Assembly: GCA_000004985.1 (NCBI GenBank)
Contig: GG738845.1
Length of the DNA stretch: 64,000 nt
Direction: 5' to 3' (one strand)
Source of the DNA: Naegleria gruberi
Taxonomy: Eukaryota
Under the pieces are notes generated by a model. It did not search any database, was not told the origin of the DNA, and saw only the letters and a program-made list of their open reading frames with translations. The position numbers were made by a program, and so were the translations under genes. Shown piece after piece: positions 57,690 to 64,000 of the stretch; the stretch's first letter is position 1; the number at the start of each line of letters is the position of its first letter.

Positions 57690-60600
57690 TTGATGAGACA
57701 TTTTAAAAGAAAAATGCGACCTCACCAGCCTCCCACACATCTTCAAATTCCTTCCCAGCACACCCATCATCATCAACCCCAACAACAACAATATACCACC
57801 TCCTCGCTCAATGTTCAACATCCATCATCAACCAGTAGTAGTAGTAGTGGGCATCATATGGATCGCATTGTTTCTCCGTCAAGTCCTCGAGTTAATACAA
57901 ACAAACCAACCTTTTCTACTTCCTCCTCTGCCTCCAATCTTCAACAAGCCTTTTCATCATCCAATAATAACAATAATAATAACAATATAAATATTTCCTT
58001 TGAAAATGTTCAAGAGGAAATTATTACAGTACCACTCTCACAAGAATTAATTCAAGTCTATCAGAAACAACTCTTTGAATGTATACAAAAATTAAAACAA
58101 ACACACACCGATGGTAAAGATAAAGCCAAATCACTTGAACAAATTATTTATTTAGCATGTACATTAAAATCTGATTTTACTATGGCTCTCTTTGGAGAGT
58201 ATAACAAGTCAACAAACAATCAGCAACAACAAAATGATAAAACAACCTCATCCTCTTCTGCTAGTTCTACTATGAATGGTGCCAATAATAATTCATCAAC
58301 AACAACAGGACAATGGACCTACTCCCCACAATTAGATTTATTTATTAAATGTATGAGATATTTGTTATTACATAGAAGTTCATATATTAGATCTCTAACA
58401 GTAAGATGTATGAGATATATAATACAAAATGATCCTTGCAATTTTCCATTTGAATTATTATGGACAAAATATAATTGTCACTTGTTAATATTTAAAATGA
58501 TGTTAAATGATACAGATAGAGAAAAGATTCAAGTATTGGAATTAATTAGAACTCTATGTAACAATTTTGTAAAAAGAAAGCAATCAAAACAATCCTATTT
58601 TGCACCTCCTCAACATGAAATTCAAATACCCTTCTTATTTATGAAGGGAATTGTTCACTTTTTAAGTTATATTGATGGAACTCTATTACAAATGGAGCAA
58701 CAACAACCTCAACTGCAACAACAACAATTAAACTCTCGATCAACAACTGCAACAACAACTGCAACTGCAGGACAAGGTGCCAACAATGGAAACACATCAA
58801 CTGCAGGTAATAATAGTAATACTAATACAGCCACAACTAATAATTTAAGTAGTAGTGCAAATGATCAAAAGAAACAATACTTTTTAGAATCATATAAATC
58901 AGTTTGTATTGAAATATTGAGAGATAGTTTAATTCATGATGAAAGTTTATGTAGTACAATTATCAAATGTGGTGGATTTAAATATCTTGTTGAATTATTG
59001 TTAAATAACAAATTTTCAACTTATCATAACAGTATTCTATCAAGTATTTTATTTATTTGTGATAGATATAAAACTAGAAAGTTTATGAAAAAAGGTTTAT
59101 TACAATTATTATATTTAATTTCACCTTTTACAAATTACAGTCAATTATATCAACCACTTTTAGATGCTATTAATAATGCCAAAGTAACAAATCCAAACTT
59201 GGTACAACAATTAACAAATGATCTAAATCAATTAGTATTAGAATTAGAAAGAAGTAAAAATATTATACTCTTTTTAATGAGATCATGGACTGGTTTATTT
59301 ATAGTCAACCAAGACAATATTAATATTTTAGGTACCTTATCAAACTTGTTAAAATCACCAAATAGAACACAGTTGAAACATTTAATATTGGATTTATATA
59401 TTGAAATTTTAAAACAAAGTGCACCTAGCAAGTATCATTATTTAATTCCTCCAGTTTTTAGTGAATGCGAAAGAAAATCCAAGTCATCTACTTCTACCAA
59501 TGCATCTGGTACAACAGGTAGTGGTACCACTACTAGTGTACCTAATGGTGCTGGAGGTACAACAACAAGTGGTGCTGGAGGTGGTACCGCTATTGGTTCA
59601 TCAAGTTCTGCTTTAAATACTAGTACAAGTGCTATACTCTCAACTTCAGCAGCTTCATCAATTGTACATGGTGGATTTAGTAATGATGTAACATTTTATG
59701 CAGATCACTCAGGAGATGAAGATCGTGTTGTGAATATTTGTTTTGTTTTCTTGTCAATGACAATTTTAACATTAATTGACAGTGGATTGATAGATTCTTT
59801 ATTATATTTATCAAAACAATCAATGATTAATAACAAGAAAAAACAAACTAAAAATCTAGATCCAAAAGATAAATTGAATATCAACGATGATGACGACGAA
59901 GATAAAAGTGAAAGAGCGTTTATTAGTTTCAGAGCAAGTCAATTATTACAATCAGTTTTATTATTTAGTGACATGTTATTGAATAAGAGAACATGTTTAA
60001 ATATGCAAGATAGATTTGATACAGAAATTGCTAACTTTTTACTTTCTATTACTAAGAGTAATTTGTACAGTTACAAAACATTGAGCATGTTATCTGCATT
60101 TTATCAACAATCTTTCCAATCTTCAAATGTGACTGGAGGTTCAATTCATGTTGATCAAGCAATGATTCAAGCTCCAGCTAATTTAAGTGTTTTATCTGAT
60201 AGCACTCCAGCATCATCAGACTCTATTGGAGATAGATTCTCTAAATTTAGTACAACAAATATTCCAACATTTTATATCAGAACTCAAATTGATAGTGATA
60301 TGGATGATCAATCATTTAATCAATTGATTAAAGAGTCTAATGTACTTGTGACCAAAGACCCAAAGAGATGGAATTGGGAAAAGATTTATTGTTTAATATT
60401 TGGTCCATTGAGAGTTGCTCATAGATTGAAAGAAGTTACAACAAAATCACAAAAATTGCTAAAAAGAATACTCTCCTACTTTAAACCTTACAAGAGAGCT
60501 TTTAGTGACTTGAAATATCAAGAAAGTAATTTTGGTTATACAAAATTATGTAATGAATTGTTGTACAATTTACTTCACATGGATGAAAGTGGTATTGAAA

Positions 60601-62756
60601 TTATTAGAGAATGTAAAATTATTAAGCAATTCTATGAAGTATTGGAAATTGAAGTTAGAGTTGGTAAAACAACAAGTGTTGGAGGTAGAAATGATCCAAA
60701 ACCAATTGACTCTGAAAAGAGATTATTGAGTGAAGAGCGAGTACAAAAATACATGGTTAGAGATTACTTTACAATCATTGGATTGATGAGTAGTACAATC
60801 AAAGGAAAAGAATTATTGGAAGAAGAGAAAATATTTGATGTTCTCAAGGATTTAACAACTAGAAGAGATGATATTTCACAATTGATTATCAAACATTTAG
60901 ATTATACAAGACCATTCTCTGATAGAGCAAGAGAAATATTAAAAGAAGCAATGATGAATGGTTCAAATATTATCAGATATATTAGTACATTATTTATTAG
61001 ACATTTAATTAGACAATCTCAAACCTATCCAAATAATTTCCATGCATGGGGTGTCCCTCTATTGACAAGCAAATTATATGATGATTGGGAAAAGGTTAAA
61101 TTTTCTGCCATTTCAATTTTGAGTGAAGTTTGTTGTATGAACATGTCTTCAAATTCGAGTAGTGCTGGTGATTCATCCTCAACATCAGATTTTGAATACG
61201 ATGATTCAGCAACATCCATGCTCTCATCACCAAGAGTTTCAAGTGGAAGTAATGAAAATTTACTTGCATTCGTATCACAGAACATTTCACGTGACGTGAT
61301 GGAGAGCGTCATGAGAGAGGGACGTGATGGAATGAATTTACTCTTGAAAATGACAAGTTGTAGAGAAGGTATTGATTATCTTTCACATGATAGTATTAGA
61401 TTATTACAAGAATTAGTTGAAGATTGGTTTGAACGTGAGTCTTATCAATACTTACAACAAGTTGAATATGGTTTAAATAGATTTTATAATATGAATCAAT
61501 CTGCTCCATCCAATACTAGCTATTCTCCAAGTTCAACAACTGGTCACACCACAATTGGAGGATCGCAATTAGTTGTCGGATCTTTATCACCATCTGGATT
61601 TAGAGAAACTGGAATGGCATCACCAACATTTAGGTCATCCAATCAAGCACAATTCCAAAGCTTGAGTGGGTCATATGACTATGCTAAACATGGTGTAATT
61701 TTACAAAGTAATTTATATGGTGAATTATGTCATACACTAGAAGGATGTACAATTTTAACAAATGACAAACATAGAACATTACATTGTTTGTGTATGAATT
61801 TATTGAATGTTTATCAATCTGTTTTAACATATCACAATAATATTGCTAATAGATTATCAAATAGTAACGACAGCAATATTGAACCACAAATTGAACAAAT
61901 TGTTGAATTGTGGTCATTAGCATTCTGCTGTAGTACAAATACAGGATATGAATATTGTAACAGATATATTCAACAAGTTATTATTGGATATGAAAAGAAT
62001 CAAAATGAATCATTCCAAACTGCAGGTGATGAACAATTTACTGTTGTTCAATATTTTGTTTACATTGCTTTACATAGTAAGGACATTTCATTAAGAGGTA
62101 CAACATTATACTTGTTGGGTATTTTATCTAAATGTAGTTTAGCTAGAAAAGATTTATTCGAAATTGGATTTGAATGTTCATATCGTTATGCTATTTCAAT
62201 TCCAAGAGATAGAAAGAGTTTCTTTACCATTATTACTGATAATTCATCTTCTAATGAATCAACAGGTAAAAATAACACTTCTTCAACAAGTAATCATCAC
62301 CATCATCGTAAGGATGATTTTGATGAAGATGATTACTTATTAACATCAATTTTGAAAGAGTCACCAAAGAATGCAGATTTGATCAAGGATCTTGTATCAA
62401 ATGTAACAAAAATTGCAAATCCAGTTCATGAGCAACAATCATCAACAAATTTGCAAAATCTCAAGACAAATATTGCACGAGTTTTGACAAATAATGAGAA
62501 ATCTAAATTAATTTATTACTTTTTAGGAAATCATTTCACCCACTGCAAATACAAATGGAAGATTATCAAGTTTGTAATTAATGACCTTTTGGGTGGTAAT
62601 AGTAGCATGCTTTGTTCATCTATTGCAACATCAAACGATTCTGCATTCCCTTCATTTGATCCAAATGTTGAAGATGAACTCTATGTTATGAATACTCATT
62701 TATTGTGGTTAGATACTGAAACAGATTTGAAAATTAACAAATTACAACAACAATAA
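57690..62756 (+). CDS. Rictor (TORC2 subunit, pianissimo-like), 1688-aa single exon
   Basis: RWNWEKIYCLIFGPLRVAHRLKEVTTKSQKLLKRILSYFKPYKRAFSDLKY aligns with human RICTOR LEWNWNLIGTILKWPNVNLRNYKDEQLHRFVRRLLYFYKPSSKLYANLDL. YFTIIGLMSS…LDYTRPFSDRAREIL…IRYISTLFIRHLIR aligns with YFLFIGTLSC…LDYSRDGLARVIL…CRLYATKHLRVLLR. Poly-N/Q/S/T inserts are present. Confidence 0.75.
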   Translation: MMRHFKRKMRPHQPPTHLQIPSQHTHHHQPQQQQYTTSSLNVQHPSSTSSSSSGHHMDRIVSPSSPRVNTNKPTFSTSSSASNLQQAFSSSNNNNNNNNINISFENVQEEIITVPLSQELIQVYQKQLFECIQKLKQTHTDGKDKAKSLEQIIYLACTLKSDFTMALFGEYNKSTNNQQQQNDKTTSSSSASSTMNGANNNSSTTTGQWTYSPQLDLFIKCMRYLLLHRSSYIRSLTVRCMRYIIQNDPCNFPFELLWTKYNCHLLIFKMMLNDTDREKIQVLELIRTLCNNFVKRKQSKQSYFAPPQHEIQIPFLFMKGIVHFLSYIDGTLLQMEQQQPQLQQQQLNSRSTTATTTATAGQGANNGNTSTAGNNSNTNTATTNNLSSSANDQKKQYFLESYKSVCIEILRDSLIHDESLCSTIIKCGGFKYLVELLLNNKFSTYHNSILSSILFICDRYKTRKFMKKGLLQLLYLISPFTNYSQLYQPLLDAINNAKVTNPNLVQQLTNDLNQLVLELERSKNIILFLMRSWTGLFIVNQDNINILGTLSNLLKSPNRTQLKHLILDLYIEILKQSAPSKYHYLIPPVFSECERKSKSSTSTNASGTTGSGTTTSVPNGAGGTTTSGAGGGTAIGSSSSALNTSTSAILSTSAASSIVHGGFSNDVTFYADHSGDEDRVVNICFVFLSMTILTLIDSGLIDSLLYLSKQSMINNKKKQTKNLDPKDKLNINDDDDEDKSERAFISFRASQLLQSVLLFSDMLLNKRTCLNMQDRFDTEIANFLLSITKSNLYSYKTLSMLSAFYQQSFQSSNVTGGSIHVDQAMIQAPANLSVLSDSTPASSDSIGDRFSKFSTTNIPTFYIRTQIDSDMDDQSFNQLIKESNVLVTKDPKRWNWEKIYCLIFGPLRVAHRLKEVTTKSQKLLKRILSYFKPYKRAFSDLKYQESNFGYTKLCNELLYNLLHMDESGIEIIRECKIIKQFYEVLEIEVRVGKTTSVGGRNDPKPIDSEKRLLSEERVQKYMVRDYFTIIGLMSSTIKGKELLEEEKIFDVLKDLTTRRDDISQLIIKHLDYTRPFSDRAREILKEAMMNGSNIIRYISTLFIRHLIRQSQTYPNNFHAWGVPLLTSKLYDDWEKVKFSAISILSEVCCMNMSSNSSSAGDSSSTSDFEYDDSATSMLSSPRVSSGSNENLLAFVSQNISRDVMESVMREGRDGMNLLLKMTSCREGIDYLSHDSIRLLQELVEDWFERESYQYLQQVEYGLNRFYNMNQSAPSNTSYSPSSTTGHTTIGGSQLVVGSLSPSGFRETGMASPTFRSSNQAQFQSLSGSYDYAKHGVILQSNLYGELCHTLEGCTILTNDKHRTLHCLCMNLLNVYQSVLTYHNNIANRLSNSNDSNIEPQIEQIVELWSLAFCCSTNTGYEYCNRYIQQVIIGYEKNQNESFQTAGDEQFTVVQYFVYIALHSKDISLRGTTLYLLGILSKCSLARKDLFEIGFECSYRYAISIPRDRKSFFTIITDNSSSNESTGKNNTSSTSNHHHHRKDDFDEDDYLLTSILKESPKNADLIKDLVSNVTKIANPVHEQQSSTNLQNLKTNIARVLTNNEKSKLIYYFLGNHFTHCKYKWKIIKFVINDLLGGNSSMLCSSIATSNDSAFPSFDPNVEDELYVMNTHLLWLDTETDLKINKLQQQ

Positions 62757-63659
62757 ATGTTAATGAATGAATTTATTTACATGTTGTTGTTATTTAACTA
62801 CTACTCGCTATTGAGATATTCTAACGTATTGCTCATTTCTTGTAAAATAGACATCATATGAAAATCAATTTCCGAAAGATTCACATTAAATACATGAATA
62901 TCAGATGGTAAACGTGTATAGAATGCAACATCCTATATTTGAGTAGTTACTCATCGATTTAAATTTCAAAAAACAAACTACTTACATATCCAATTTCTAA
63001 ACTATAGAGTGAAAATATTGTTAAGGACCCTTTTATATGCGTCGAGTAATAAGCACTTGTTTTGTCATTATTAAGATTCCTTGAAAATTGCAAAACTGAT
63101 GATTTTAAATGTTGGGTATAGTGTATAAGAGTTTCATTATCTACAGATCCTGTCGTTAGTGGTGATGTTTCGGAATGATATCTTTAATATAATTAATATT
63201 GTTGTTCATTAACCTCCTCCAACTCAACTATTAAACACATACATTATTTGTTCTTTTGAATTTACAATAAATAATTCAATTTTTGCGTTATTTAAAAACA
63301 ATTCAATAATTTCCTTTTCCAATCGATGTATTTCCTTCTTGGCAGCACTATTTAATTTTACTACTTGAGGTCCACGTCCTCCGAATAATCCACAAGGAAA
63401 ACAACCCATCCAATTACTTTTCCTCAATAAATTACGAAGTAATAGAAATATTAAACCAGTGAGTGGGACTGTTTGGTCAATTTTTTTTGTAGTTGTGTGT
63501 TGTTGGGATAGTCGTTAGAAGTTTTTTTCCTGATGTGTTATGAACTTTGAGATTTAAGGCTAGTTTCCTTAATTTTAATTTCAATTAAAAAATTACATAA
63601 TAATTAGTAGAAGCAGAGTGTTGTTTTATCCATTGAATTCGAGTTTTGGAAGGAAAACG

Positions 63660-63668
63660 TTTCGCGCC
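63660..63668 (+). promoter_or_regulatory. E2F-like site TTTCGCGCC, 107 bp upstream of the RFC3 ATG
   Basis: Same motif class as upstream of RFC5, in AT-rich surroundings. Confidence 0.4.
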
Positions 63669-63774
63669 AATTTTAAATTTTAACTTCAAAAAAAAATAAC
63701 GAATTTGCTTCTGGTTAGGAACTTGAAGCGTAATCTCGAATTATCATCATCAATAAGAAGAAGAAGAAAGAAAA

Positions 63775-64000
63775 ATGGTTCTCTGGTTAGATAAACATCG
63801 TCCAATGTCATTGGAAAAGATGCAAATCCACAAAGAAGTCTCTGAACAATTAATGAATATAACCAAGAGTGGAGATTTTCCTCATCTTTTAATTCATGGA
63901 CCATCAGGAGCAGGTAAAAAGACTAGAATACAAGCACTCCTTCGTGAAATATATAACAACAAGATTGACAAAGTTAAATTAGAAAATAAGGATGTTTCTG
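63775..64000 (+). CDS. RFC3: Replication factor C small subunit, orthologue of human RFC3 (yeast Rfc5), 5' part only
   Basis: MVLWLDKHRPMSLEKMQIHKEVSEQLMNITKSGDFPHLLIHGPSGAGKKTRIQALLREIY compared with human RFC3 MSLWVDKYRPCSLGRLDYHKEQAAQLRNLVQCGDFPHLLVYGPSGAGKKTRIMCILRELY. Confidence 0.8.
   Translation, partial: MVLWLDKHRPMSLEKMQIHKEVSEQLMNITKSGDFPHLLIHGPSGAGKKTRIQALLREIYNNKIDKVKLENKDVS

Noticed and set aside
1-64000. CRISPR arrays, operons or other prokaryotic defence systems
   Set aside because: There are no short regularly spaced direct repeats with unique spacers. The genes have spliceosomal introns, CAAX tails and other eukaryote-specific families (htt, Rictor, RFC, NatB). The window is eukaryotic nuclear DNA.
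1-64000. tRNA or rRNA genes
   Set aside because: I scanned for the T-loop consensus (GGTTCGAATCC, on both strands) and for GC-rich 70-90-nt islands. None were found. The GC-rich islands present (repeat P and the E2F motifs) do not fold as cloverleaves by eye.

Overview
This window looks like a nuclear chromosomal segment from a very AT-rich eukaryote, most likely a dictyostelid social amoeba. Evidence: intergenic DNA above 80% AT, poly-Asn/Gln/Ser/Thr tracts inside proteins, long intronless ORFs alongside GT..AG introns of 37-260 nt, fragments of a DIRS-type tyrosine-recombinase retroelement, and an assembly gap of 484 Ns at 15993-16476. It is not prokaryotic, and I found no operons, CRISPR arrays or tRNA genes.

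Protein-coding genes I can support, working left to right:
- a partial M20 dipeptidase
- an F-box/LRR protein
- a divergent, DFE-type protein kinase
- RNase H2 subunit B (PIP-box C-terminus)
- an NDUFB5-like complex I subunit
- mitochondrial ribosomal protein uL3m
- the NatB catalytic subunit Naa20
- a Ras/Rap-family GTPase with a CAAX tail
- a BTB protein
- a secreted MACPF-like protein
- a small glycosylated membrane protein
- a Na+/K+-type P2C ATPase of 1113 aa
- a convergent pair of DUF202/VTC-type paralogues
- an HSP20-domain protein
- the ubiquinone monooxygenase COQ6
- a secreted Cys-rich protein
- the replication factor C small subunit RFC5, with E2F-like GC-rich motifs at its start codon
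- a K/E-rich nuclear protein
- a nucleotide-sugar/TPT transporter
- a ubiquitin-like protein
- a 3084-aa single-exon huntingtin homologue
- a 4-TM protein
- a SHAQKYF-type Myb protein
- a 1688-aa Rictor (TORC2) homologue
- the partial 5' end of RFC3, which also has an E2F-like motif

The intergenic islands at 1.7-6.4 kb, 10.8-14.5 kb, 32.3-33.6 kb and 53.1-55.5 kb are mosaics of several dispersed repeat families that I could not classify. One is a ~200-350 bp family with six copies, including two head-to-head inverted pairs. A second is a ~150 bp direct-repeat pair bracketing a 3.3 kb ORF-less stretch. A third is a GC-rich 148-bp element with perfect 17-bp terminal inverted repeats.
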